A DNA stretch of 36,901 bases from a virus. Taxonomy: Duplodnaviria; Caudoviricetes. Location: positions 1 to 36,901 of IMG/VR virus record IMGVR_UViG_3300005934_000012; one strand, given 5' to 3'. Below are positions 25,331-35,343 of the stretch, piece after piece. A program made the translations under genes and the position numbers. Below the pieces are notes generated by a model that worked only from the letters and a program-made list of their open reading frames with translations, had not been told where the DNA came from and did not search any database. The first letter of the stretch is position 1. Each line of letters starts with the position of its first letter.

Positions 25331-26403
25331 TATAAACTTAATCCCGCAAGTTTATTTTCATCCATATCTTGCTTTACACCACCTACAACATATGAACTAA
25401 TTTCTGTTTCTTGAGGTGCAACTTGTACATTTCCACCTCCAATCCATTTTTCAGTCCAGGGTAATGGGTTCATCTTTGATACTGTATAAGGACAAGGCAA
25501 ACCTAATGCTCTCATTCTTTTACAACCAATCCATTCAATATATTGATTTAAAATTGTTTCATTTAAACCAATCATTGAACCATTTCTAAATAAATATTTA
25601 GCCCATTCTTTTTCTTGTTCAATAACATTTGTAAATAATCTTACAACTTCCTTTTCTTTTTCTTTTGCGATTTTTACAAAGTCTTTATCTTCTTCTAACA
25701 TTTTTTTGATCATTGTAGTTGTTGCAGCTAAATGTGTATTTTCATCACGGGCAATAAATTTAATAATCTTTGCATTACCTTCCATTTTTTTAAGTTCGGC
25801 AAATGCCCATGAACAAGCAAATGAAACATAAAATCTAATACCTTCTAAGGCATTAGCACTCATCATACACATGTATAATGATCTTTTATGATCCATTCTA
25901 TTTGTAGCAGAATTATTATCTTTAATTAGTTCATCATAGTATGTAGCAATATCGTTACCACATTCTAAAATTTCTTTAACATTTAACATACCATCAAATA
26001 CAGCAGAAGGATCAGGATAAACATTTCTAATAATATGAGTATAGCTTCTGCTGTGTATAGTCTCAAAAAAGCTCCATGTCTCGATCCAGTTTTCGACTTC
26101 CGGTAATGAGGCGATAGGTAAAAAAGCAATATTAGGAGCACGTCCTTGAACCGAGTCCAATAAGATTTGTCTTTTGAGGTTTGATGTAAAGATGTGTTTT
26201 TCATGTTCTGTTAGTCCATCAAAATCTTTTTTGTCTTTTGAAATATCTACTTCTTCAGGTCTCCAAAAAAATCCTAATTGTTTTTCTGTTATTTTTTCTA
26301 TCTGTGGGTATTTTACAACATCAAATCGTTGGATATCAACTGATTCATCTAAAAACATATTTTTATGCAGGTGTGATTTTTTACTCTTTTTAAGTACTGA
26401 CAT
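25330..26403 (-). CDS. nrdB: ribonucleotide reductase class Ia beta subunit
   Basis: FFWRPEEV, LLDSVQGR, ETIHSRSY, EGIRFYVSF, RDENTH, VAPQETEISSY. Confidence 0.97.
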   Translation of the reverse strand: MSVLKKSKKSHLHKNMFLDESVDIQRFDVVKYPQIEKITEKQLGFFWRPEEVDISKDKKDFDGLTEHEKHIFTSNLKRQILLDSVQGRAPNIAFLPIASLPEVENWIETWSFFETIHSRSYTHIIRNVYPDPSAVFDGMLNVKEILECGNDIATYYDELIKDNNSATNRMDHKRSLYMCMMSANALEGIRFYVSFACSWAFAELKKMEGNAKIIKFIARDENTHLAATTTMIKKMLEEDKDFVKIAKEKEKEVVRLFTNVIEQEKEWAKYLFRNGSMIGLNETILNQYIEWIGCKRMRALGLPCPYTVSKMNPLPWTEKWIGGGNVQVAPQETEISSYVVGGVKQDMDENKLAGLSL

Positions 26404-26423
26404 TTAATTCCTCTTTAGTTTAA

Positions 26424-28739
26424 TTATATTTTACAGCTATCGCAATCTTCTTCATCGATTGGTAAGCTTTCGCCATCATAGGAATGATGAGTTTCATTGT
26501 CGGTCATTTCACCAGCACCATCATATGTATTAAAATAGTATAGCTGCTTTAGACCGTATTTGTATGCTGTCACAAGATCAGTAATCATAGATGACATTGG
26601 AATCTTATTATCTTCGTAATGTTCTGGATTATAAGATGTATTTACACTAATTCCTTGATCAATGTATTTTTGTAATATCGCACAAATTTTTAAATAACCA
26701 TCTGGTGATTCTTGCTCCCAGAGTAAGTCATATTTATTTTTGAGATGGTGATACCCTGGAACAACCTGAGCCATGACTCCATCTTTACTTTGTTTGTACG
26801 ATACCAATGCTCTTGGTGGTTCAATACCATTCGTACTATTACTAATTTGTGCACTTGTTTCAGCAGGCATTAATGCCATTAGAGTCGAGTTTCTTGTTCC
26901 CGTTTCTAGGACTTGTTTACGTAGGTCTTCCCACGGTAATCTTACTTTATGCTCTATCAAATTATCTATTGCACTCTTATATGTATCATTAGGAAACTCT
27001 CCACGAGCATATTTTGTGTGTTTTTTCAAAGGAATTTCACCTTTTTCTTTAGCTAATTGTGCAGATGCTTTAATTAGATAATATGACCAAGCTTCAGCAT
27101 ATTCATCTACAATTTCAAATGCTGATTCATCATATTTTAAACCACGTTTGGCCAAGAAATACGCAAGGTTGATGATACCAATTCCAAGAGGTCTTCTGTT
27201 TTTAGTACCTGCTTCAGCTGCGGCAATTGGATAATCTTGGTAATCAAGTAACTCATCAAGAGCACGTACAGCAAGATCGCAATATTTTTCAAATTCAGAT
27301 GTTTCATTGATTAGACCCCAATTTATTGCTGATAATGTACATAAACTAATTTCTCCTGTATGATCATCGTATGATTGTAATGGTTCAGTTGGTAAATCAA
27401 TTTCACAACATAAATTACTCATTCTAATTGGTGCAAGTTCAGGTATAAATGAACCATGATCATTTGCATGATCTACATTCATAATATAAATTCTTCCTGT
27501 ATCTTTTCTTTCTTGTAATAATGTAGAAAATACTTCAAGAGCTGGTAAAGTTTTCTTTCTTATACTATATGCTCTTTCATATTTTTCATATAATTCTTTA
27601 AACTTATCTTGATCTGCAAAGAATGATTCATATAATCCTGGAACATCATTAGGATCAAAGAAAGTAATATTACCACCAGTGATTAATCTTTCATACATCA
27701 ACTTATTTAATTGAAATGCATAATCCATGTGTCTTACACGATTTTCTTCTGTACCTTTATTATTTTTAAGTACGATTAAATCTTCAAATTCATAATGCCA
27801 TAAAGGAAGATAAACAGTTGCTGCACCTCCTCTTACTCCACCTTGTGAACATGATTTTACCGCAGATTGAAAATATTTTAAAAATGGAATTAATCCTGTA
27901 TGTACTACAGAACCATCACCAACTTTTGCTCCTTCGGCTCTGATAGAACCTGCTCCAATACCAATACCTGCTTTCTTACTTATGTATTTGACAATAGAAG
28001 TAGCAGTAGCATTGATACTATCAAGACTATCTCCAGCTTCAATAAGTACACAAGAAGAAAATTGACGGGTTGGGGTACGAACCCCTGCCATAATCGGCGT
28101 AGGTAACGAAATATAGAATTGAGAAATTGCATCGTAGTATTCCTTAACGTACTTCATACGTGTTTCTTTTGGATAATTAATGAATAGCGTTGCTGCTACC
28201 ATCATGTATAACATTTGAGGTGTTTCGTAATGTTCTTTCGTTCTTCGATCTTGTACTAAATACTTACCTCTGAATTGTTCCATACCTGCATAGGTAAATG
28301 TATTATCTCTATCGTGTTTGATATAAGCATCTAATTCATCGATCTCATCACGAGAATATTTTTCCATGATGCTACCATCGTAAACTCCTCTACTTACATT
28401 TTCAATAATTATTTGAGCAAGAGGCCATGGTGTATAATCGCCATAAACTTCTTTTCTTAATTTGTAAGAGATAAGTCTGGCTGCAACAAATTGATAGTTT
28501 GGAGTATGCTCTGAAATGAGCTCTGCAGCCGACTTAATAAGTAATTCGTGTATATCATATGCAGGAATTTTGTCGTATAACTGTATATTTGCTTTTAATT
28601 CTATTTCTGAAATGGAAACACCAGTTATATCTTCGCATGCCCATTCGAGAACTTTATGTACTTTCTCGAGATCAAAAACTTGTGTGGTCCCATCACGTTT
28701 AGTGACGTTTAAATTCATAATACTTTGTCCATTGTTCAT
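26424..28739 (-). CDS. nrdA: ribonucleotide reductase class Ia alpha subunit (start may be 28718)
   Basis: ATP cone VTKRDG, FSSC, SCSQGGVRGG, SNLCCEI, C-terminal CDSC. Confidence 0.98.
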   Translation of the reverse strand: MNNGQSIMNLNVTKRDGTTQVFDLEKVHKVLEWACEDITGVSISEIELKANIQLYDKIPAYDIHELLIKSAAELISEHTPNYQFVAARLISYKLRKEVYGDYTPWPLAQIIIENVSRGVYDGSIMEKYSRDEIDELDAYIKHDRDNTFTYAGMEQFRGKYLVQDRRTKEHYETPQMLYMMVAATLFINYPKETRMKYVKEYYDAISQFYISLPTPIMAGVRTPTRQFSSCVLIEAGDSLDSINATATSIVKYISKKAGIGIGAGSIRAEGAKVGDGSVVHTGLIPFLKYFQSAVKSCSQGGVRGGAATVYLPLWHYEFEDLIVLKNNKGTEENRVRHMDYAFQLNKLMYERLITGGNITFFDPNDVPGLYESFFADQDKFKELYEKYERAYSIRKKTLPALEVFSTLLQERKDTGRIYIMNVDHANDHGSFIPELAPIRMSNLCCEIDLPTEPLQSYDDHTGEISLCTLSAINWGLINETSEFEKYCDLAVRALDELLDYQDYPIAAAEAGTKNRRPLGIGIINLAYFLAKRGLKYDESAFEIVDEYAEAWSYYLIKASAQLAKEKGEIPLKKHTKYARGEFPNDTYKSAIDNLIEHKVRLPWEDLRKQVLETGTRNSTLMALMPAETSAQISNSTNGIEPPRALVSYKQSKDGVMAQVVPGYHHLKNKYDLLWEQESPDGYLKICAILQKYIDQGISVNTSYNPEHYEDNKIPMSSMITDLVTAYKYGLKQLYYFNTYDGAGEMTDNETHHSYDGESLPIDEEDCDSCKI

Positions 28740-28754
28740 ATTGTAATATTATAT

Positions 28755-28783
28755 ATTATACCACGATTAGACAAAAAAGTAAA
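28755..28783 (-). promoter_or_regulatory. early promoter of nrdA operon
   Basis: TTTACT-17 nt-TATAAT with TGG extension. Confidence 0.8.
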
Positions 28784-28786
28784 TGT

Positions 28787-29104
28787 TTATTTAATCTTTT
28801 TTTCTAATTTTTCGATTCTTTTAATAAGTTCTGGGTATGCTTCAAATTCATGAAGTTCTTTACACGGATGTGAGTTTGATTCTAACTCATCTAATCTCTG
28901 TGCTGCGAGAGGATATTGCTTTCTAAACTTAGCATCTTTTTTCATAAGTTCCAATTCATACTTTTCTGCAAAGTATTCCATAAACCTATCTACTTGTTTT
29001 TGAAACCAAATTCCTAGTGTTGTACCTTGGAACCATTGGTAGAATGAACTACCAATGATCGAAGATAATATTGATTTTAGTGTTAATACTATTAACCAAT
29101 GCAT
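28787..29104 (-). CDS. hypothetical membrane-associated protein
   Basis: Hydrophobic N-terminus; SD AAGGA. Confidence 0.75.
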   Translation of the reverse strand: MHWLIVLTLKSILSSIIGSSFYQWFQGTTLGIWFQKQVDRFMEYFAEKYELELMKKDAKFRKQYPLAAQRLDELESNSHPCKELHEFEAYPELIKRIEKLEKKIK

Positions 29105-29106
29105 TT

Positions 29107-29868
29107 TTATTTTTCCTTTTTAGATAACCTCTGAATTGCTTTTACATAGTTTGGCATACCGTGATCTACTATACCATCAAAGAATTTAAATCTCTTCCAT
29201 GAGTTTAGTACTCCAAAAAATAAATCACCCCATGTTGGTTTAGGTTGTTTTTCACCATTTCTATCGAAATAAATCATTTCGCCATGATGTCTAAATCCTA
29301 ACCATGCAGGAGGAATTCTACATACGATATCATTATTGTTCATGAATCTATAATGTGGACATTTAACATGCTTAATAAATCTTGGTCCACCTACTCTTGG
29401 TGATCCAAAAGTAAATAATTCATGTGGTTGATATCTTGTTGCGGCAATTGTTGCCATTGCAGCACCTAGTGAATGTCCTGTCATGTAAACATCTTTACGA
29501 ACTTTTAATTGATCATTATGTTCAATTTCAGCTAATACATCCATCCAAAGATCATTTACTTCTTTTTGAAATCCACCATGTACTTTACCACCAGCTACAG
29601 CGGCTTGTTTAATTACATTTAAATCAGCTAAGACATCATTTAATTTTGAAGGTTCTGTACCTCTAAAGGCAAACCATAAATCATTTCTATCTTTTGCTAC
29701 TAATACTTCAGCACCATCGCGACTAATTAGTTTAGCCCATGGGAAACCGAGTTTCTTTGCTGCATTAATCGCAGGCTTTTCATTCATATAAGCAATTGCA
29801 GAAAGTTTTGCTGCAATCACTGCTCTGTCCCACTTCCCAATTTGCTCTTTCATTCTAGTTGTCGCCAT
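29107..29868 (-). CDS. class 3 lipase (alpha/beta hydrolase)
   Basis: AFRGTE, VHGGF, TGHSLGAAMA, TFGSPRVG, NDIVCRIP, DH; SD GGAG before 29868. Confidence 0.92.
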   Translation of the reverse strand: MATTRMKEQIGKWDRAVIAAKLSAIAYMNEKPAINAAKKLGFPWAKLISRDGAEVLVAKDRNDLWFAFRGTEPSKLNDVLADLNVIKQAAVAGGKVHGGFQKEVNDLWMDVLAEIEHNDQLKVRKDVYMTGHSLGAAMATIAATRYQPHELFTFGSPRVGGPRFIKHVKCPHYRFMNNNDIVCRIPPAWLGFRHHGEMIYFDRNGEKQPKPTWGDLFFGVLNSWKRFKFFDGIVDHGMPNYVKAIQRLSKKEK

Positions 29869-30355
29869 TATCATTCTCCACTTTAATTTCAACTGCTCCA
29901 GCTTCTTCATCATTTATTGTCACATTCCTATAATAGACTATCACCTCACCGAGTTGATTAATATAACGTTTAATTTCTTGAGTATTATAAGACATCATCT
30001 CATAATCCTCAACACTCATGGCGACAAAAACGACATCGCCTCCATGTTTCTTTTTAATATCATCGAGGAATTTATCTAAATATGTATATCCCTCTGGATA
30101 TAAATCTTCTCTACCTAACTTACAATTAGGCTTTTTTGTCTCTGGGTCTTTTAAACAAGACTCTATAATCTTTGCATCTGATACAACATACCATTTTGGT
30201 TCTTTTAAATCAATAGGTCTTGGTAATGTTGGTTGTGTAATTTGTAATTTAATTGGCTTTGTAATTACCTCAACTTCTCTTGGAGCTTGTTGTAATAATG
30301 AACAACCACTAATCGTTAAGACTAGAAATGCGATTGCTATCTGCTTCAATTGCAT
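29855..30355 (-). CDS. outer-membrane lipoprotein, o-spanin-like
   Basis: Lipobox ISGC, Pro-rich segment, C-terminal helix; SD AAGGAGG; start overlaps upstream i-spanin-like gene. Confidence 0.75.
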   Translation of the reverse strand: MQLKQIAIAFLVLTISGCSLLQQAPREVEVITKPIKLQITQPTLPRPIDLKEPKWYVVSDAKIIESCLKDPETKKPNCKLGREDLYPEGYTYLDKFLDDIKKKHGGDVVFVAMSVEDYEMMSYNTQEIKRYINQLGEVIVYYRNVTINDEEAGAVEIKVENDNGDN

Positions 30356-30701
30356 CGAATACCTCCTTGGTTGCATTATTAACTCTTGTTTCCATCAAAC
30401 CAGGTTTGGCACTAGCCAACTTAGCAATATTATGTCTTCTAAATATATCTAAATATTCAGACATTTCTGCTTCGTATTGTTGATTTTGGATTTGTAATCC
30501 TCTTAAGGATTCAGTGGTCACAGCTAAATTATTTTGAATAGATTCAATTGCTGCTCTTTGTTCTTGATCTCTTAGATCTTGAGCTATAATAACTTGTGCT
30601 TGTTCTTCCAGCTTATTTTTCATTGGAACAACTGAGAATTGGTAGTATAAGAATCCACTTACACTCATTGCCATAATAACACTCATCAAAATTTTTGTCA
30701 T
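30309..30701 (-). CDS. i-spanin-like protein
   Basis: N-terminal TM followed by long coiled coil; overlaps lipoprotein gene by 47 nt. Confidence 0.72.
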   Translation of the reverse strand: MTKILMSVIMAMSVSGFLYYQFSVVPMKNKLEEQAQVIIAQDLRDQEQRAAIESIQNNLAVTTESLRGLQIQNQQYEAEMSEYLDIFRRHNIAKLASAKPGLMETRVNNATKEVFDAIEADSNRISSLND

Positions 30702-30702
30702 A

Positions 30703-31356
30703 CTATAACCTATCTACGTCTATACCTAATACCTTTTTAATTGCTGCCTTAAGTTTTTTCTCATCACGTCCCCATTTTTTACTATAATCATTAAATTTAA
30801 TTGTTGGTCCGCTAACACTAAGATCTTTACCATATATGTCATAACCAGCCTTTTTAAAAGCTTGTTCTACATCATATCCATAAGCTCTATTTTTTAACTC
30901 TAATTCATATGGTCTATAATATCTAAAATCGTATTTACTTAAAGCTTCTAAATGTAAATTAGCTTCTTGTTCTGTTACACCTAATTTGTTTAGTAGAACA
31001 TTAATCTTTTTATTAATAGCACGAATTACTGCAGAACTAGGTTTATTATTCTTTTTAATTAATCTAGCTTTTGTTGCTAATAATTCAGCATATTCTTGCC
31101 ATTCTTCAGCACCTTTCATTTCTTCTACTGCTTCTGTTACTTCTTTTTGTTCTGCTTTTGCTTTAGCTTCTGCACGGGCAGTTCTTCGTGCTAAAATTCT
31201 TTCGACAAACTTTTTACCTTCGCGAGTTCTACCATCATAGATTCTTTTCTTTTTCTTTTGAGCATTTTTACCCATAGCATCAGCTGGAAGAGATACTCCT
31301 CCACCTGCAACTGAGTTTGCTGCTGCATCTTCCCACATGTCTTTAAAATTTTTCAT
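30703..31356 (-). CDS. putative internal virion protein
   Basis: MKNFKDMWED N-terminus, AANSVAGGG motif, Lys/Glu-rich modules. Confidence 0.65.
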   Translation of the reverse strand: MKNFKDMWEDAAANSVAGGGVSLPADAMGKNAQKKKKRIYDGRTREGKKFVERILARRTARAEAKAKAEQKEVTEAVEEMKGAEEWQEYAELLATKARLIKKNNKPSSAVIRAINKKINVLLNKLGVTEQEANLHLEALSKYDFRYYRPYELELKNRAYGYDVEQAFKKAGYDIYGKDLSVSGPTIKFNDYSKKWGRDEKKLKAAIKKVLGIDVDRL

Positions 31357-31814
31357 TGTGCTGCCTTTAATTCTTTACCTATCTTTTTAATATCATTCCT
31401 TGTTAACTTCGATTTAACGTTTTTAGAAACTTTAATAGCTTTATTATAAATCGATTTAGCTTTTTTTGGATTTTTAACTGCAATAACACTTAATAAAATA
31501 GCTCCTAATGTAACTGCGCCTAAAGCAGCAATTCTACCAAATATTGCAGCTGCTACTTTTGGTGCTATTTCTATTCCTAACCATTTACCTACATCTATAA
31601 TTAATCCAACACCCAAGCTTTGAAGTTTAATTATAGCTGTTAAATCATATTTTGTCGCAATCGAATATATTACAGTACCTTTTACTGCTGATTTTATCGA
31701 TAAAGGTGGTCCTGCTAATTTTACAATTTCTTTACCCAATCGTAAAGCTACCATTCCAACTTGGGCCCAAGCTTCATCCAATTCATTATATTCTTTAAAC
31801 GACATTACTGTCAT
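31353..31814 (-). CDS. putative internal virion protein with hydrophobic helices
   Basis: MSFKEYNELDE motif, Ala/Gly-rich hydrophobic segments, basic tail. Confidence 0.6.
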   Translation of the reverse strand: MTVMSFKEYNELDEAWAQVGMVALRLGKEIVKLAGPPLSIKSAVKGTVIYSIATKYDLTAIIKLQSLGVGLIIDVGKWLGIEIAPKVAAAIFGRIAALGAVTLGAILLSVIAVKNPKKAKSIYNKAIKVSKNVKSKLTRNDIKKIGKELKAAQ

Positions 31815-32386
31815 TTTTTAATATCCGCACTTGTAACTAAAAGTTTTTGTTTTGTAATAACATGTTCTACTTGGTAAACATTTAAGCCAAAAATAGAACC
31901 ATAAGGTTCTACAAAATCATTTACTTTTACTTTATTATTTATAAATCCGATTATCTCGCCTGTATCTATAGAAGCAATTTCATTCGTTAAAAAATAAGTA
32001 CCAGGAGTTAACTTATGATTTACATTGCTTTCAGATAAATCGATCGATTCCATATCACCGAAAATTTCATCTAAAACTTCGCGAATAGATTCTTCATCCA
32101 TTCCAGTTTTTTCTTTGATTAAAAATAAAGCCGAAGCGTAAGTTGCTAATTTATTAACTAAACCACCACCAGGAACTTTGTTAAGTAATCTTTTAATATT
32201 AAATACTAATCTATGAAAAACAGTATATGCTGATTTTTCTTCAGGTGTAGTTCTCTTTTTTAAAACTTTACCTTTATCATCAATAATACCCAATTCATAC
32301 GCAGGCAATTTATTCCAAGGTGTTACTAACAACTTGAGAAACCTAAAGGCGTAAAATAAATCTCCTGTTCTTGATAAAATTCCCAT
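31811..32386 (-). CDS. conserved hypothetical protein of T4-like phages
   Basis: FRFLKLLVTPW...AYELGIIDDKG...AYTVFHRLVFNIKRLL. Confidence 0.8.
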   Translation of the reverse strand: MGILSRTGDLFYAFRFLKLLVTPWNKLPAYELGIIDDKGKVLKKRTTPEEKSAYTVFHRLVFNIKRLLNKVPGGGLVNKLATYASALFLIKEKTGMDEESIREVLDEIFGDMESIDLSESNVNHKLTPGTYFLTNEIASIDTGEIIGFINNKVKVNDFVEPYGSIFGLNVYQVEHVITKQKLLVTSADIKK

Positions 32387-32757
32387 TAAATGTTCCTTAA
32401 TCTTTGTACCACAAATTCATCAAGTGGTACTTCAACTTTATAATCTTCCGGCAAATAATGTAAAAATACTAAAAAAGTTTTTAAGATTGAATAATGCTCT
32501 TCTTCTACTTTAAACCACATCATACGATTTGCTGCTTTAATACCAAACACATTATAGATTACTATAATATGATTTAGTATCAATCTTTCTTGTAAATCGC
32601 CTGTCATTTCATAGCGTCTAAGCAATCGTTTCAGATACTTAAATCTTCTTAAATCATCTTTGAACTCTTCTATTTCACAACACTCTGGATTATTATAGTT
32701 TTGTGAAGCAAAAAGCTCAAAATTCTTGTTTGTCAATTTATCAAATATTTTCATCAT
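32386..32757 (-). CDS. conserved hypothetical protein of T4-like phages
   Basis: YNNPEC..EEF..DL.RFKYLKRL, ERLILNHII..YNVFG; TATAGATA late-promoter variant at 32762-32769. Confidence 0.8.
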   Translation of the reverse strand: MMKIFDKLTNKNFELFASQNYNNPECCEIEEFKDDLRRFKYLKRLLRRYEMTGDLQERLILNHIIVIYNVFGIKAANRMMWFKVEEEHYSILKTFLVFLHYLPEDYKVEVPLDEFVVQRLRNI

Positions 32758-32783
32758 ATATTATCTATAAAGATAATTTTACA

Positions 32784-33062
32784 TTAAACGTCGCCGTCTT
32801 TCTTAGCCTTTAATAATTCTTTCCAAGTATTACCTTCAAATCCTAAATACAGTTGAGCATACTTAACAATGTCTTGCTCTCTTCCTGTAAGAATAGCAGC
32901 ATCTGGTCCACCATATCCATCACCTTTACCTCTCATCAATTTAGCCTTTAATCTAAGTTTCTTAGCTTGTTTTGCAACAGGATAATCTTCTAGATCAGTC
33001 ATAATCTCAAATGATGCTTCTGATAATATTAAATTATTTTCTCTTACTTTAAAAAAATCCAT
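32784..33062 (-). CDS. putative internal virion protein
   Basis: MDFFKVRE..ILSE leader then small basic domain. Confidence 0.6.
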   Translation of the reverse strand: MDFFKVRENNLILSEASFEIMTDLEDYPVAKQAKKLRLKAKLMRGKGDGYGGPDAAILTGREQDIVKYAQLYLGFEGNTWKELLKAKKDGDV

Positions 33063-33934
33063 TAGTCTTCCTCGTTATCTGCTTCGTAGTTTTTATCTAC
33101 GTAATCAAAAAATTCTTTCTTTTTCTCGCCTTCTAATTCTGCTGGTGATTTAACACCAAACTTTTTCAAAGCAGATTGGAAAAATCTTTGATATTTTTCT
33201 TTATCGCTTTCTGTTTTTACTTCTACTTTTTCATTAGCTTCATTGGCTAATTGTAAAGCTTTTTTCACTTCAGGATGATCTGATAATCCTTTCTTAAGCT
33301 TTTCAATTTTCTTAACTGCAGGTGTCATAGCTCCGCCCATGCTTGAAGCAATCTTAACTGCTTTCTTCACAAGTGCATTTTCATAAGCCATATTTCCTTC
33401 TAGTAATTCCGGAAATAGATCTTCGATATCATCTGAATCCATATCGTATTCTTTTGATTGCAAATATGCTAGAATATTCTTCTTTTCTCCAGAAACATCG
33501 TAACCAAATCTTGTTTTTTTAAACTTAAGCTTATATTTTTTAGCTGCAGCAGGAATACCTTCACCAGTGTGATCGATATCTACTTTAGTTTTTCCTTTAC
33601 CAGCTTTTAGCTTGGCTTCATCAAGAGAAATGGTCATTTCTTTAACAACTGTTCCATCTTCTTTTTCACCTGATTTTTTTACAGGGTGTTTAGCTTTAAA
33701 GTCTTTTTCACCTTTAGCTCTTGGTTCTTCAACCTCTTTAACTTCAGGTTTTTCGTGGGTATAACCCTTTTCAGCGTATTTTTCGTGTTCAGCTTTATCT
33801 TTAACTTCCACTTCTTCGCCTTCAGGACTATACATCATATGAGGATATTTCACTTCCTCTTTTTTTGTTTTACCTTCGACAACGTCACTTACAGATGCAG
33901 CAACGCTTTTGGTAATACTATCGTTTAGCTTCAT
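33062..33934 (-). CDS. Lys/Glu-rich modular late protein (internal/prohead-core-like)
   Basis: SD AGGAG; short modules separated by V/L-x-E sites. Confidence 0.7.
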   Translation of the reverse strand: MKLNDSITKSVAASVSDVVEGKTKKEEVKYPHMMYSPEGEEVEVKDKAEHEKYAEKGYTHEKPEVKEVEEPRAKGEKDFKAKHPVKKSGEKEDGTVVKEMTISLDEAKLKAGKGKTKVDIDHTGEGIPAAAKKYKLKFKKTRFGYDVSGEKKNILAYLQSKEYDMDSDDIEDLFPELLEGNMAYENALVKKAVKIASSMGGAMTPAVKKIEKLKKGLSDHPEVKKALQLANEANEKVEVKTESDKEKYQRFFQSALKKFGVKSPAELEGEKKKEFFDYVDKNYEADNEED

Positions 33935-33944
33935 AGTTTTTCTC

Positions 33945-34244
33945 CTAGTTTATAAAAAGCATTCCTGTGATGCCAGTGGCTGCTGCCGCTATGACTACCC
34001 AGAATATTTTGTTAATAATATTTACAGTGGCCGCATTAGTGCGAACCAAATCTTCTAATCTATCAACTCTATTTATAAGAGTTAATATCTGTTCTCCTTG
34101 TTGTTTACCAAATTCTGTCAATGTAGAGATTTTTTCTTCAGCACGTGCCAAAGCAATAATCGCCTCTGACATTTGGTCGATTTTTTGTTCTATGCGATCA
34201 AGTCTTTGAGCTTGTTCAGCTCTTTGTTCAGCTGCTGTTGCCAT
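33945..34244 (-). CDS. coiled-coil protein with C-terminal TM helix
   Basis: RLDRIEQKIDQMSEAIIALARAEEKI...IFWVVIAAAATGITGMLF. Confidence 0.75.
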   Translation of the reverse strand: MATAAEQRAEQAQRLDRIEQKIDQMSEAIIALARAEEKISTLTEFGKQQGEQILTLINRVDRLEDLVRTNAATVNIINKIFWVVIAAAATGITGMLFIN

Positions 34245-34506
34245 ATAGATATACCCTACATTTTAATGGTGTAACACCTTTTATTAATCGATGATATTCG
34301 CCCTTTTTAATTACAAATACCATACCCTCTTTTAAAAGCCAAGGTAAGCATTTATCAACTTGATATTGCCAACCTTCACCTTCTAAAACTTCTATTTCTC
34401 TATCTTCCATATCACGGTGCCACACAAATTCTTCGTCTTCCCTTGTTGGATCAAACGTTCGTATGATGCCGTCTTCCCAGTACGGCTTACCAAAAGTAAT
34501 TTCCAC
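34228..34506 (-). CDS. cupin-like small protein
   Basis: WHRD.EDR.I.V.EG.GW ... GEYHRLIKG. Confidence 0.7.
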   Translation of the reverse strand: MEITFGKPYWEDGIIRTFDPTREDEEFVWHRDMEDREIEVLEGEGWQYQVDKCLPWLLKEGMVFVIKKGEYHRLIKGVTPLKCRVYLYGNSS

Positions 34507-34858
34507 CGCCCTTTAGTCCTAATTCTTTTGCGTACTTTGGTAATCTACATGCCCAATAACCAGGAGATAGTTTATCCGTTTTCGTATCGCAATTATGTCT
34601 AGCAGCAAAACTTTTAGCTGCTTCTTTATCATTTATTTTTGATGATAATCCGCCTTTTTCATCACCAAAAGTAATCTTTTTTACATTTCCTGTTGTAGGA
34701 TTTTTTACATATACTACATATTTTTTACCAGGTCCTGAGTTTCTTTTTGGTTTGTTTAACTCAGGTTGAGCTTCTTCAACCATAGGTTGTTCTAATGGAA
34801 CATGAACCCCTTCATATAATCCAAACCTTTCTTCAATGTGTTCTAAAAAGCTATGCAT
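34487..34858 (-). CDS. conserved basic protein, putative internal virion protein
   Basis: MHSFLEHIEE leader; KKYVVYVKNP..G.VKKITFGD, SFAARHNC, YWAC. Confidence 0.75.
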   Translation of the reverse strand: MHSFLEHIEERFGLYEGVHVPLEQPMVEEAQPELNKPKRNSGPGKKYVVYVKNPTTGNVKKITFGDEKGGLSSKINDKEAAKSFAARHNCDTKTDKLSPGYWACRLPKYAKELGLKGGGNYFW

Positions 34859-35343
34859 TACACTTTTACCCTTTTAAAGAATTGAAGTTGTTTATCTAAT
34901 TCTTTTGCTGCCTTATCTAACTGATCTTTAGCAGCTTTAATTTTTGCTTTATTTAAAGCTCTTTCATCTGCAGCTATTTGGTTCAATCTATCTCTTTCAT
35001 CTTTAATTCTTTGCTTAGCATCTAATATATCATCTTTAGCCATTCTTAATCGAGTTAATTTATCTGCCTTTTTCATTACTTTTGCTCTTTTACGATCAGC
35101 AATAGCTTGTTTTGCATATCTAACTGATAAAGCTTTTCCACCTTTTACAATACCTTTAACTGCCAATTTCCCCATAAAAATACCAGCTTTAGTTGCTAAT
35201 TCAACTGCTTTATATGCTTTATCAACTACCATTAATAATGCATCTTCATCCAATTGCGATAAATGCATATTAGCTTTATTTTCATCCATTTCTAGAATTT
35301 CTTCTAGTGTTTTTGGCTCTGTATATTCGTTAAAACTTTTCAT
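34858..35343 (-). CDS. putative internal virion protein, coiled coil
   Basis: Start 35343 (ATGA overlap) gives MKSFNEYTE leader. Confidence 0.7.
   Translation of the reverse strand: MKSFNEYTEPKTLEEILEMDENKANMHLSQLDEDALLMVVDKAYKAVELATKAGIFMGKLAVKGIVKGGKALSVRYAKQAIADRKRAKVMKKADKLTRLRMAKDDILDAKQRIKDERDRLNQIAADERALNKAKIKAAKDQLDKAAKELDKQLQFFKRVKV

Noticed and set aside
25983-26204. 73-codon alternative-frame ORF nested in nrdB
   Set aside because: No SD, motif or non-overlapping part; compatible with chance
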